A stretch of 64,000 bases of DNA, from the NCBI GenBank assembly GCA_964016885.1, contig OZ024740.1, forward strand, positions 162,068,001 to 162,132,000, read 5' to 3'. Positions within the stretch are counted from its first letter, which is position 1; every line of letters begins with the position of its first letter. The stretch is from Eledone cirrhosa (taxonomy: Eukaryota). The position numbers and the translations under genes are program-made. Below, one piece after another: positions 13,213 to 26,939 of the stretch. The notes beneath the pieces are model-generated. The model searched no databases. It was not told the DNA's origin and saw only the letters and a list, made by a program, of their open reading frames with translations.

Positions 13213-16200
13213 GATTTCATTCATGTAGTGTGTGTACTCAACTTTGCAGTCTTGCTATTTCTACAATTTAAACTCCTAGAATGAATTTGTCTGTTAATTG
13301 CCCCTGCTGTTAGTCAGTCTATCACAATAATCCAGAATGGAAAGTGTGGTAATTTGATGCACATGCTATAGAACTGATATAAATGCTTTGTGGCTCCAAG
13401 TTTCAGTTCCACCGAGCAAGTGTTTCTTTTGCCATAGCTTTAAGTTGACTAAAGCTTTCACCACAATTCACCACCATTTTTGCATCAGTTTTTTTCATGT
13501 TGGTATAGACTAGACAGGTCTCAATATCTCGCCACCCACTGCAATCTTTTGACTTGTATCTGGCACATACAATAAACAGAACCTGCCAACTTTTTTGTTG
13601 TGTGTATTGGTCTATTTGTTAGATGTGTACTGTTGGATACCCTTCTTATTACTTTACAGCAAAGACAAAGTGGCTGTTTTAAGTGTTACCTTTATTAGAG
13701 ACCTTGTTCCTAACAACACTAAAGAATTCTCTCTACCATATGCTGTCTCCATTCATTGCTTACTTTGGTAGCATAAATTTCATAGCTGGATGCCCTTCTT
13801 AACATTAACCACTTTACAGCATTTTTTTGTGAGTGAAACTTGATAGAGAGAAACTATGTATGTGTGTGGGTGTGTAGCCCATTGGATACATGTGTGTGTG
13901 TGCATGTGCCTATGCGTGTAGGTGTGTATTTGAATGAGATAGCAGAATCAGTGTGCTGACGTAACTTGTATTTCGTTCCGTTCTAGCTACACCCCTTTAC
14001 ACATAGGTCAACTTTCATCACTTATGAGACTGATAAAATATGTAACAAACCAAGGGAGTTAATATAATCTACTTAACACTTTGAAGATGGTGCTCTAGCA
14101 CAACCAGAGTCCAATCATTTCTAGGGGTGATTTTTAAGGGGCAATTCTTGATATAAATGTACCCCTCATTTATGGAATAGTAGGTGAATTAAGGCAATGT
14201 TATTAAAAAGCCCACACGGATAGGTTTAGCTAGTCTATGAGGTTGCGTCTCACAGGATTTTGATTATTTGTTTCTTTTTTATGGGAAGTTGGTTAATGAT
14301 AGGAGCATCAGTTATTTTATCTCTGAATACATAGAGCCAAAACAGATTACACAAGGTATGTCATTCAATGCTCTAACAATTCCACTAATCTACCTCCCTT
14401 GACTGGTAATCCATTTATCAACCTCAAAAGGATGAAAACGAAAGTTGACCATGGTAGAATGAAAACTTAAGAGTGCAGAGAGCTGAGACAGATACAAAAC
14501 ATTTAATTAGACATTTTAACGGCTCTGCTAATTAGTCACCTAATGAGGTAAATATAAAAGTATTTTGTAAAAAAAAAAAAAAAAATCTTCTCAGATTTAA
14601 TGCAATGTTTAATTACACCAACAAAGAAGCCTCTACACAGTTGCTTGCCCAGCTAGAAATAACAGCCATGTCTTCACAAATCACAAGGTGATGATTGGCT
14701 TACATTAGAGCATATGAAAAAATACCTTTTTGGTCTGGCTCTCTGCATTCTGAGTTTAAATCCCAATGAGGTCAACTTTTATCTTTTCAGCGATTGATGA
14801 TATTGTTAGAAATAACCTGTAGTTTTTGTACCAACTAAGAGTGGTAGATTGGCAGAATTATTAGAGTATTGGATTAAATGCCATTGCAGTACTTGTTCTA
14901 GCTATTTACATTGAGTTCAAATTCTGCCATGGTTGACTTTGCCTTCACTCTTCCAGAGTTGATAAAATAAAATACCACTCAAGTATTGGGGTTGATTTAA
15001 TCAACTTTGATCTTCCTCAAATATTTGCAGGCTTTTAAATTAAATTAGAAATCAATATCTTAGGGCCATGAGTTTAAATCCTGCTGTTTCCTATTTGGGT
15101 CCCTTTCAATCAGCTTCCCAGTTTGAGGATACCTTCCTCCCTCTCTTTCATCAGTCTTGAAAAGGGTTATGGGTACTGGCCTTCTGTCATTGACTTAACA
15201 GCAAACAGCATTTAAATCTGAGTAATATGTATGGTATATTAGCACCATTATACTTTAACATCCTGTCTTCATCTCATATATTCAAGCAACAGATTTGATT
15301 GATAGATATAATACATACATTAATTAATGGATATAATACATACATTAATTAAGTGTAATAATGTCTTAATGATCTTTTTTTAAAGTATATACTTGAACCA
15401 AATATATATTCAATGATATCAAGATGTTTATATTAGTAGAAAAAAAAATTACAACTATCATAATAATTAATCATATTCCCATTTGAAATGATGAGAACCA
15501 CAATTTAAAGTAAAGAACTCAATACATGAGGTAGAGTATATACATTTGTAAGTATGCTAGAGCGAGAAATAACATTCTAATTTTATTTTTAGTATATATT
15601 ATCATTTATTAAATGACATTTACAATACCAGTTCTGCTTTCATCTCTAGGAATGTCCAATGAATTTATAAAGAAGAAAACATAACTTGTCCTGGAAGTCA
15701 TAATCTGATAAATGAAAATATAACTACGATAAAGTAGCTGTAAAGTGGTTGTGTAGGTGTCACAACAAAAAGCACCCAGCTCACACTGTAAATGTGGTTG
15801 GCATTAGGAAGGGCATCCAGCTGTAGAAACCTAGCCTGAAACAGTTCTGTATGAGCATGACATGGTCACCTGACCCAACTTGCCTTAAATGGGACAACCC
15901 ATCTAACCCATTCTAACATGGAAAGTGGACATTAAATGATGATGATGACGATGATAATATCAATTTCAAAAGAGAAATTAACATATGATGGTTTCTATAC
16001 AAATCAAATCCTATCCATAATTTATATATAGCTTTCATTGCAGGAGGACATTCCTTCCATCAGCTGATGAGTGAAGATCACTACAATTTCTGCACCATCT
16101 AACAGTGTTATTTTTCCAGTCATACTAAGCAGTACTGACACTACCAGGGAATGTCCAGCTTCTTTTAAACCATACTGTAGCTCTCAATATTTTTTTAATG

Positions 16201-18551
16201 TTACACATACAAAGTCACTCCATTAAACAGCTCTAACAATGCCTACCTACATTTTTTTCTTTTTTTTTTCTATTTGTTCAAGATCTGTTCTTTACTCTCA
16301 GCTGTTGTCTTTTTCTCGCATGGTTTTGTCATGTTGGTGAAGCAATCAATCTTTGCTTCATACTGCAGATCTCAAATCACAACTTTCTCTCTCTCACTCT
16401 CTCATATAAATATGTATTTTATGGCATTTAGTTCCTCCCCAGTTACGTATCTTTATGAGTTAGCTTTGCTTTTTTTCCCCAGGAGGATGGTAATAAAATA
16501 AATACCAGAGATAATGACCTTAGATCAATATAATCCAAACATTTGTAAAAAAATAAAAGATTTTACTTTTGAAACTATTTAGTCCCCACCATTTTCTAAG
16601 CTGAGTTGTTGTTATAGCTCACAACCTACTGTTGTTGTAGCTCATACCAGCACATGTTTTACCAACCTCCTATAAGGTTGCATGTCACAGGACACTTCTT
16701 AGGTGTTTTAATGATAAGGGCTCCAGTCCTATAATGTCATTATTTTTCAATGACAGGAGGCAAGATTTGAACTCAGAGCACCCAGACCCAGACAAATATC
16801 ACAAAACATCCTACCTCATGCTCTCTAACAATTCCACCAACCCACCATCTTGAATTGGTACATTACTTGTCAACCCCAAAAGGATTTGAATTCAAAATGC
16901 AGAGAGGTGAAACAAATACAACAAAGAATTTAACCCCCAACTTTAACAATATGTAATATAAATGCGCACACAGACAGACACATGCACACACACATAACTT
17001 TATATAATAGCTGAATAACCAGTCAGTTGCAGTACAATTAGTTTCACAGTTACAAGTTCTTCAAGCTATGAGTGAAATCCAAATATTCCTGTCCATATAA
17101 TGACAGATAATCCAGCTATTAAATAAAGTTATAAGAAATTATTTCTATTCAGTTAAACCTAACTCTCCCAATTTGCTGTCTAAATACTTAACGATAAAAA
17201 TACTAGAAATAAGTCGGAAATGCTTAAAGTTTTAATTAAGATCTATTTTATTAACCTCTTATTCATAAATTTATTCATAACATAAACAGAAAATTTTATG
17301 CAGACATCTGAATAAGTAAAAACAAATACAGCAAATTGGTAGAAGTGTTAGAGTGTGAGATGAAATACCTTGCAATATTTATTTCAGCCCCCTGCATTTT
17401 GATTTCAAATCTCACTAAGATCTATGCCTTTCATCCCTCCAGGATCAATAAAATAAAGCACCAGTCAAAGTGGTGGACTGGCAGAAACATCAGGGCATAG
17501 TACAGGATGCCTTGCCACATTTGTTGCCGTTTCTTTGCATTATGAATTCAAATCCCAACATGGCCTACATGGATGGTAAACTTAAGTGGTTACCCGATTT
17601 AACATCAGTAACATGAATCCACCCTTTTGCAATCATTTGGATCAGGTCTCTGGGTTGAGTATACCTTCCTTCTTCCTTCCCCCAGTATCGCGAAATGGGG
17701 CATGAGCCCTGCTTTTCCCTCCCTGACTAAAAAGTAAAGAAAAATTATTTTATTAACCTTTTAGTCGTAAGTTTATCATTTATTCTTAAAACAAAAACTT
17801 GAAATTTAACACAAATTTCTACATAACCATCATTGTTTTCATGTGCGTGATTTGGATGTGACATTTTGAGGCTGTTTTACTTTGGCTGGATGCTCTTCCT
17901 GACACCAACCTATAATTTATTTTAACTATGCTATATGCTGCTGATCTTCATCAAACCATTAGGTTGTGGAACATATTGATTATACAGCCTATAAACATCA
18001 CCCCTTGCCTTTGTCGATATGAAAAAAGAAAGAAAGACTGTTTCCGCTTACCAAATTCACTAATCAGTCTAAGGTATCATGCACTGGGATAAAAATCAAA
18101 ACCAGGTGGTTGTGAAGCAATCTCCCTAACCACACTGCAATGACTGCGTCTAGTCATAGCATTAATAAGTAAAAATGTTTATATAAAGAATGAAATCATT
18201 AAAAGAAGACTAAAGATAAACATTATTCAGTATATCATTATTCAGTTTTAACAAGTCACATATGATATTGATATTCAATAAGTTAATATTGAATATACAT
18301 ATTTTCTTGATTATTCAACCTTTTTATTTAAATAAGGAGATCCTATACATGGTTACTCAATCTTCTAAAAATAGCAGACAAATTTTGTACAGATCATTGC
18401 CTAGAGTCTTAAATAATTGATAGACATGTTGGAAAATGCAGTTCTAAATACACTGTGATTGACTGAATACAATGACAACATTGGTCACAGCTGGAATGCT
18501 GTCATTTATAGGTCTGTTCCACCAGGTCTGATCTGGAGTTAAACAATTATG

Positions 18552-18728
18552 TAATAATTGTTTCTACTTTAGGCACAAGGCCAGCAGTTACCCAGTACAT
18601 TACTGGTACTTTATTTTATCGACCCCGTAAGGATGAAAGGCAGTTTAACCTTGGCGGGATTTGAACTCAGACTGTAAAGGGACGTAACTATGATAGAAAG
18701 CATGGCGTCCAACCCTCTACCGATACAA
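18552..18728 (-). mobile_element. tRNA-derived SINE
   Basis: Reverse complement of the 1201-1368 and 45061-45251 subfamily. Confidence 0.85.
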
Positions 18729-19837
18729 TTATGTAATAATGGTTTCTAATTTAATCCCCAGCAGTTTTGAGAAGAGGAGAAAGTCGTTTAAATCAACATC
18801 AGTACATGGCTGGTATTTTATTTTATTAACCTCAGGAGGAAAGGCAAAGTTGACCTTAGAAAGTAAATAGCTGGAACAAATACCACAAAGTATTTTCTCT
18901 GATGCCAACAATTTCAGCAATCTAACCACCCTAAAAGACAATGTCAGCAGCAGTAGTAGCAGTATTAATAGTCTTTTCCATATTTTTGCCACCAAAACCT
19001 ATTCATTCATACAATGAATGTTTATATGAGGTTGAATATAACAAAATTATATATATTGAGACATTAAAACATAATTAAATATATATAAACACAAATGTAT
19101 TTACAAAAAAACTCAAAAGTCAGGATTTCTCACACAACTCTGATGATCTACTTCTCCCCCTCCCCCTTGCACTTCATCCAGCTATAGAAAATCTCTCATT
19201 CCCCAAGTGCCTATAAGCAATTAGGAGTCATTAGTGATTTATGCTATTTGTCCAGATCTCTGAAAATCCTGTCAAAGTCAACTTTGGTATTTGTCCTTTT
19301 GGGGGCCATTAGGAAAGTCCCATCTGTATGGGTTCCAAGTTCAAATCCTGCATTCTAGCATTGGAAAAATGATGTGATGTAATAAGACTGGGTAGCTATC
19401 ATAAATAAATAAAACAAATAGGATGCTCTTAAGAGACTAGCTAAACCAATACAGGTGTAAGCCAAAACAACAAGTGAAACAACAAGAAAGGAAAAAGGTT
19501 TGTTGCATAAAATTGATAGATTTAGATTTTAAATATAAACACATTAAAACATGACATTTTATATCAGATAACCAGAGGTCTGGTGTCAATAGAATTAAAT
19601 CTGATCACTTCAGGAATATTCTATTACAAAAGCAGGCCTTATAAAGTAATAGAAGTATCTGCAGGTCAGTCAATAAAAGAGTAAGCATGTGTACAAAAAG
19701 GAAACTGTAGACAAAACAACAGAAAAAAACAGCAGTCTGCAAAAGACTGTTGTAAAAGTCAACAACCTAAATTAGAGCTGTCAGAAATTGTGTGTATATA
19801 TATATATATATTTTATTTATATATTTTATTTATATAT

Positions 19838-19910
<73 letters not shown>

Positions 19911-19987
19911 ATGTATATATAAATAAATAAAATATAGAGTTATTAACTCATATTGATACCCTGCAATTAACAAGTTGTGTTTATTTC

Positions 19988-20019
<32 letters not shown>

Positions 20020-20149
20020 CGCTGTTGTAAATAAGTTTTTCAAGATGCTGTATAAAATATATAAGCAGCATTTTAGCATGACAGGTTGCAGGTCCATCAC
20101 CAGTTCTTGCAGTGTTGAATGGAGAGAGCAATATATTTTTCAAACAGGA

Positions 20150-20350
20150 TCTCTGACATGCACAGTTTGCTGCCGATTGTTGCACGACAGGAATGAAAAT
20201 CAGTGCTGCGAAGACTGAGACATTCATTCTCTCAGGGATGCTTGCACAGTGAACTCTACATGTGAACTGAGTTCCACTGAAGTAGATTGATGAGTTCAAG
20301 TATCTCAGGGTCATGTCCACGAATGATGGAAAGCAGGAGGCAGAATTAAG
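20150..20350 (+). mobile_element. RTE LINE fragment
   Basis: Aligns with 28260-28450 (GMKISAAKTE...FKYLRV). Confidence 0.7.
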
Positions 20351-22287
20351 GTCACAAATTTGAGGTGAGGATATAGTTGATTATATTGTATTAACTCCAG
20401 AAGGATGAAAAGGCAAAAACCAACCCTGGCAGGGTTTAGATTCAGAAAATAAAGAACCATCAATTGATAATCTACCAGTTATTTCTTCCCAACCTACTAC
20501 CCTCAGTAGTAATATAGTATATGGTATGAATAAGGCAAGTCTTCTTTTCATCCTTTTAGAGTCGATGAAATAAAATACCAGTCCAACGTGATGGATTAAT
20601 AGAATTGTTAGAACATCAGACAAGATTCTTTGTGATATTTGTTCCAGATCTTGAAGTTCTGAGTTCTAATCTCAGTGGTCTACATGGGAGATAGACTTAA
20701 TCAGTTGCCCAATATAAGATAACCATCTGGATTTGGGCTACTTTTAGCAGATTCTACTCTGTTGCAAGCATTAGTTCTGGTCTCTGGTTTGAGAATACTT
20801 TTCTCCTTCCTGCCCTCCCACTAGTCTTGGAGGCTCTGAAAAGGGTTATGGGTTAAGGGCATAGCTTCTCACTTCCCCAATAAAACAGTAAAAACAGAAA
20901 GTATCCTAAATAAAAAGAACCCATTGAACAATGTAGTTTTTAATATACAAAAAGATTGTGTGGTCACAGCTAGAACACTTTTCATGATATCTGCACTATC
21001 AGGGTTAACTGCAGAATCAACAACAACCATGATAAAAATTGTCTGCAAAAAAGTAAATGGAAATATAAAAAAAAAATCACACACACACAAAGTATATATT
21101 CATGTATAAGTCACACCTTTCACTACAAACATAGGAAATGTAAAACTGGAAAACCAGTGTGTGACTTGTGAGAGAGAGAGAGAGAGTTTATTGCAACTAA
21201 ATTCTTCTACCCTCAAACTAAACAAGATGCATTGTTGAACGTGAGATCTGATTGCATTCAAATTCACAAACTATTCTCAGAAAATACTCTATTCAATTGA
21301 TTGCACCAAACATCACGGGCTCTTTCTCTAAGTATTTTGCTTGTATAGTTAAATAACTGTAGCAGAGAAGCATAAGATGGAGACAGAGGAAGAGAGAGAC
21401 AGAAAGTGTATGTTATCACTATTGCTGAACTTAAAAGAAATGCATAAGAATGTATATAAGAAGAGAAAAAAAATCTTCCATGCTGTTTGTTGAATTAAAA
21501 GAAAACAAGAGCAAGAGACAGGAATCTTTATAAAAGAAAACCCTGTTTAAGAAAACGCAAAGAAGTAAAAGTGACAGCAATATTAATAGATGAACAAAAC
21601 ATAAGAACAATATAGCCATAGAAGAAGAAGCAGCCTCGAAGAAAAGACGAAAACACAATTAGCATAGTTTTGGGGAGGTGGGGCATCAAATAAACACCTA
21701 CTGAATTATAGAAGCAAGCAAGCATGTATGTATGTGTACATGTATTCATGCATAAAGTCATTCAGCTGTAAAATGTAATATTAATTAAATTGATAAACTT
21801 TACTTTGGTGCAACAAAATACAACATACAAAAGCAAAATAATAATAATAATAATAATGATAATAATAATGATAATAATCTTGGAGAATCTATTTTAGATT
21901 AAGTGAGAACGGTTATCACAAAAACGGGAGGGGCTTATTACAAATAAAGTTAACTGTTTTAATTGCAAAGATCATTAAGAAAGTAGGAAGAAGAAAAAAA
22001 GATTGTTTATGTTATTTTTTTGTTTTTTTATTGTTGTTATTTTTAGGTGGGGGTGGGAGTGCTTTTTCTTCATGAAATCCAATACTTTTGAACAATGTTT
22101 AAAGTAGTGTCTTTTCAGAAAAAGTACTTTTAAGAAGAATTAGAAACCAAGCAATTGAAATGAATTTTTAAAAAAGAATACAAAAGAAACATCACCTTTC
22201 TTACAAATGAAGTGTAATGAAAACCAAAAAAATTGCAAGAAAAAAAGCTTCAGGCTGAGAACATTTCTGCAATAGGTAGAGAGATAG

Positions 22288-22420
22288 AGAGGGGGGAGGG
22301 GCAGAAAGACAGTGCAAAAAGGAGAGGGGGGGGGACAGAAAGACAGTGCAAAAAGGAGAGAGAAGGGGGCAGAAAGGCAGTGCAAAAAAGACAGAAAGAG
22401 GGAGGGAGTCAGAAAGACTG
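22288..22420. repeat. Purine-rich minisatellite, about 35 bp x 4
   Basis: Repeated GGGCAGAAAGACAGTGCAAAAAGGAGAG units. Confidence 0.8.
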
Positions 22421-23061
22421 AAAAAAGTAGAGATGGAAATAGAAAGAGAATGAGAAAGAATATATATAAAAAAAAAAGAAAAGTATATTTTAAAAGAGAT
22501 CATCAAAATAAAAAATCTAGTTGGTTTAACACCACAATTCTGTAATTCAGACAACAGAATTGTTTTCATGTATAAAATAAAAAATAAAATAAAAACACTG
22601 AAAAAAAATATATAGAGATAAAATATATAAATAATAGAACAAAAAAAAGGAAAACCTTCAAGAAGTTTTAAAAACATTGTTTGGTTCTTTCCTCTATAAT
22701 TGCTTTAAGCAGGTGAAGGTCATAGAATATGAAGCAAGACAAGGGGTTAGGTTAGAGCTCAGTGCCCATATCCATAACTGATAGCCACTATTACTACTAC
22801 TACATCCTTATCTATGTACATATGTATGTAAATGTATGTGGGTGGAATAATTTGCAGAAGAATGCATTCAGCTGTAAAGTACAGTCATTATATCTTTCTC
22901 AGACCTAAATTTATTATTTTTTTCTCATTTTCTTAGTGTATGTACTTCAATATTTCATTCAGCACAGTGGGTTCTCTCTACTAGTTGTACTGGTGTGTGT
23001 ATATATAAATATATACATACATATATATATATACACACACACACATATATATATATAATAA

Positions 23062-23272
23062 TTGTTACGACGATGAGTGTTCCAGTTGATACGATCAACA
23101 GAAAAGCCTGCTGATGAAATTAACATACAAGTGGCTGACCCTTTGAATTACTGGTACAGAAGCAATGTGAAATAAAGTGTCTTGCTCAAAGACCCAACAT
23201 GCCACCAGGAATCGAACTCACAACCTTACGATTGTGAGCCGAATACCCTAACCACAAAACCACATGCCTTCA
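23062..23272 (-). mobile_element. tRNA-derived cephalopod-type SINE
   Basis: Minus strand has GTGGTTAGGG (A-box-like), GAGTTCGATTCC (B box), then TTGAGCAAGACACTTTATTTCAC. Confidence 0.75.
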
Positions 23273-23419
23273 CACATACATATATAATAAAGATGAAGAG
23301 GCACCACTTTTTTTTTATATATATGCAAATTTACAGTATACAACGAAAAGAAATTAGTTCATATATGTGTATGTGTGTATATATAGATCGGATTTTGAAT
23401 ATGGTCGGAGTAGATGGTT

Positions 23420-24420
23420 GCAGACAAATATGATATTCTTGGAAAGGAAGGTATAAAAGCTCAAAGATACTTCTGCCAGACATCGTAGATTTTTAGAGAA
23501 ATATGAGGTGACATGTACGCCAAGGAAGGAAATAAGAGATATGTAACAAACGACAACTAGAAATTTCTACATGATGATTTGCTGTAAGCCAGAGACTAGA
23601 CTTGTGGGTAGAGCAATGATCTAGCCAGGTGTAGTGACAGGGAAGTAGAATTATGCAATTGAAAGGGCCATGAAAGCTAAGAGACAGACTTGGATAGACT
23701 GGAAGTAGCGAGTAAGGAACATTACCAGGTAAGTACAAAAGTTAGACATCTGGTATACATAGCACTGAGAGAAGCTGAAAATAAGAGGTTTACCAATGTT
23801 CTGTGATGAGAGACATCAAGTGTTCTGAATTACAAAGCAAGAGGAAAACGTGTATGGAATGAGTGGCACACTTGCCCTCACTAATGCAATGAAGTAAATG
23901 TTACAAGGTTACTGAATGAGAAGAATACATTGGAGAAAGAGAGACTATTCCTTGAAAACCCAATAAAAGGACCAGCTATTGAAGTTATACAGTGAAAATG
24001 CAACTACTGTAGTTTCCAGCGCCAAACACGCTGCTTTTTTCTAAAAATAAATCTCAAAAATCTACCATGCATCTTGGAGGCTGAAGGTTGTTTATTTATT
24101 TTTTTTTTTTCAAATTTTTGGTTGTCAAAATTAGGGTGCATCCCCAAGGACGAAGCATCTTCGGCACTGAGAAATACAGTAGATATGAAGAAAAGAAGAG
24201 TAACTGCACCATTGGGTATAGATGTTGAAAATATCTGGTGAAGGAAGGCATGCTCAAGTCATTACATAGTCAGTTATGTAGTACAGTGAGTTATTTTACA
24301 CAATGGCTGGCATTGCATTATTAGTCAAATCTAAAAAAGCACAAAAGTTGATGTTTGAGAAAGAAGCAACTGCAAAGGAATCAAACTGATAGTCCAAGTT
24401 ATGAAAGTAACAGAGAGATG
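23420..24420 (+). mobile_element. Highly decayed RTEX-like LINE fragment
   Basis: Similar to 52800-53540 (EKCV..GTLA, YERLLNEEN, PIEGPA). Interrupted by a MITE. Confidence 0.65.
24007..24179. mobile_element. pogo/Tc2-like MITE nested in a LINE
   Basis: TA|CTGTAGTTTC...GAAATACAG|TA termini with a TA target duplication. The LINE sequence resumes on both sides. Confidence 0.7.
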
Positions 24421-24844
24421 GTTTGCAGTACAGTCACTTTTTTCAGTTAATGTTTTGAACTGTTAAATACAAGAACATGGTCATCACTTAATGTCTAAAG
24501 AACAGACACTGCATAGTGTGGATAGGTGGTCTCTTAACCCATGCACTGAACAGAACAACTTCTCTAGAGTTGATAAAATGCACTCTGTAATGTGGTACGT
24601 ATTAGGAAGGCCATCCATCTAACTGAACTGGGCCCACCCAGGTTGGTGGTCTTTCTCTGTTGTCTGACACTATGTTCCATACTCAATGTAAAACCTCTTA
24701 AATCTGCAGACCCCAAGTGAGAGTAATATAGTAGAAATAAAGCTTCCCTGCTCTATATGGTAGCCAGAAGCTCTATAAAAATTGTTGATATTTATTTATT
24801 AGTTTATTTCATCATCAGCTCTCACCACCTCTGTCCAGGGCTTC

Positions 24845-25400
24845 CTTCTACTGGGATTTCCTGGTACTTCTTCACCCAGATGATTATCCATGATCATCAT
24901 TCACGAGAATCACATCCCCATACCAATGCAGTTTTCTCTCTTGCTCACCACTTTGGATACATCTTAAACCCAGTTTCTCTCTTAGTTCACCCAAGCTCAA
25001 CTTTTCTCTCACAATTACATTGCACATTCAACGAAGCATGGTAGCTTCATTTCTCTCCAGCCTACGCATGTACTCTGCAGTTACTGCCCATGTTTCACCA
25101 TCAGGCTGCATCATACTTTGCACGCAGGCATCATTTTGTACACAGGGAGAAGCCTTTTGTTGTCAACAGTGGGAGTATCTCTAAACTTCTTCCATCCTAT
25201 CCTTATTCTAGCTATTATGCTCTTTTGTATTATGCTCTATTATGTATCTTTGAGGGGACTGCATCTTGCTCTTACAGAACTGTTTCTGGCTAGGTTTCTA
25301 CGGCTGGATGCTATTCCTAATGCCAATCACATTTAGAGTATGAACCAAGTGCTTTTTATCGTGGTACCAAAATGACATAACTGACATGTTGGGCTGGATA
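24845..25400 (-). mobile_element. RTEX-like 3' fragments
   Basis: Reverse complement resembles KKFRELLPLL..KGFSL and RL.WYGHV, plus the tail motif. Confidence 0.65.
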
Positions 25401-26412
25401 CTTTTTCATTGTGTGCGTGTGTATATAGTATAAATATATATATATATATATATGCGCACATAGTCATATCCAAATATATTCTCACTATGGAATTATGCCA
25501 CCATGAGAGGTCATTGACTTTGTAGCATTATGTAAATGAGATGTATATAATCCCATTTTGTTTATTTTTCATCATACATAGTTTTCCACTACAATAGCAC
25601 AGCAACTCAGGAAGAAGAAAGTGGTGAATGAATCCTGCTGAGTTTAACAACAAAATCATGTAGATGTGTGTAAATGTTATTTATACACATACATGTATAA
25701 TACAGTCATACACTGCATAGCATTGAATCACTACAATGCTCTTTTTTTCTGGGAAACAGTATCTTAAGTGAGATAACATTATATCTTATATATAATGATT
25801 GTATGCTAATAATTAAGTGACTATGATTCAGTCATGCATATTTCTGCATATACACTAATCGTTCACACTATATATTCTTCATGATTAGAAAAGGATGGTC
25901 ATGGAAGGAATTCTATAGATCATAAAGTATGATGAATCAGGGTAAACTAGGAGCAAGATAACATGAGTAACAGATACTGCAGAGGAAATGAAAACTCACA
26001 ACTCTAGGCTGCGGGAGCACTGCAAAATAAACAAATGTGTTATCTTGGGTATATTCTGATTTCACCCAGATAAGCTGCATAAAAACCACTGCAGATCTTC
26101 AATAGTGGCTCAAGAATTAAAATCCTATGGGACTCAGGAAGAGCATCCAACTATAAAATACTACCTAAAAAAATCTTGTCCAATACAGGCCACCATGGAA
26201 AAATGGACATAAAAACGACAGTATGTCAATATGCATTTTTAAATATATATATATTCATTTAGGTTTGTTGGTTCACCGCTGGATAGAACTGGTCATTCCG
26301 TATAGTTAACCTTGATGTAATATTAGGGAGAGCACTCGACGTAATGCAACTCACCCATCTTCATTTGTGTTGTTGGTGGTGCGAGTACGGAGTTAATTAT
26401 TATAAAATAAGG

Positions 26413-26782
26413 CTGGACTGGTATAATTCCTTAAAGGTTTATTATATTATGATCATTTCAATGACCGGGTTCAGTAACTTTAACAAAGGAATATAATAGA
26501 CACAATCCATGGGGCTGAAAAGGCCAAGAGACGAGAGGGCGGCCAAACATTTAGCAATTTCCAGTCCGGTTGGCCACCATCAAGTGACTTAGAGCAGCCA
26601 ATCGGACTGGAAACTGCTAAATGTTTGGCCGTCTCTCTGACTTTTCAGCCCCATGGATTGTGTCTATTATATTCCTTTGTTAAATTTCGAATACCTGATG
26701 ATGTCACCGGATTCATACTGAACCCGGTCATTGAAATGTTCATAGTATAATAATAAACCTTTAAGGAATTACACCAGTCCAG
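26413..26782. repeat. 370-bp foldback element, Penelope-like inverted terminal repeat
   Basis: 26413-26574 is the reverse complement of 26597-26782, except for about 30 bp missing from the left arm. Confidence 0.9.
26691..26748 (+). ncRNA. Type I minimal hammerhead ribozyme (canonical core)
   Basis: ATAC-CTGATGA-[stem II ACCGG/CCGGT]-GAAA-T(GTTC)A-TA|GTAT. Stem I is ATAC/GTAT and cleavage is predicted after AUA (26744). Confidence 0.7.
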
Positions 26783-26939
26783 TTAGCACACGACCACCAG
26801 CGATTGAGGCACTAGTGGACCTGGTTGGCTCTATGCATGACGACGCCTCTGAAATCACTAACCTAGGGCACTCCCGTCCCATGAAGCAAAGGTAAAGAAG
26901 AAAAACCATTTATACATTGAAATGTGTCCCTTGTTATCA

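Noticed and set aside
16064-16092. CTGATGA followed by a GTGA/TCAC stem
   Set aside because: No GAAA or stems I and III. Isolated CTGATGA hits near 9536, 11664 and 19140 fail in the same way.
21300-22700. A-rich stretch resembling an antisense 3' UTR, with F/L-rich ORFs
   Set aside because: This is compositional bias only, with no linked exon.
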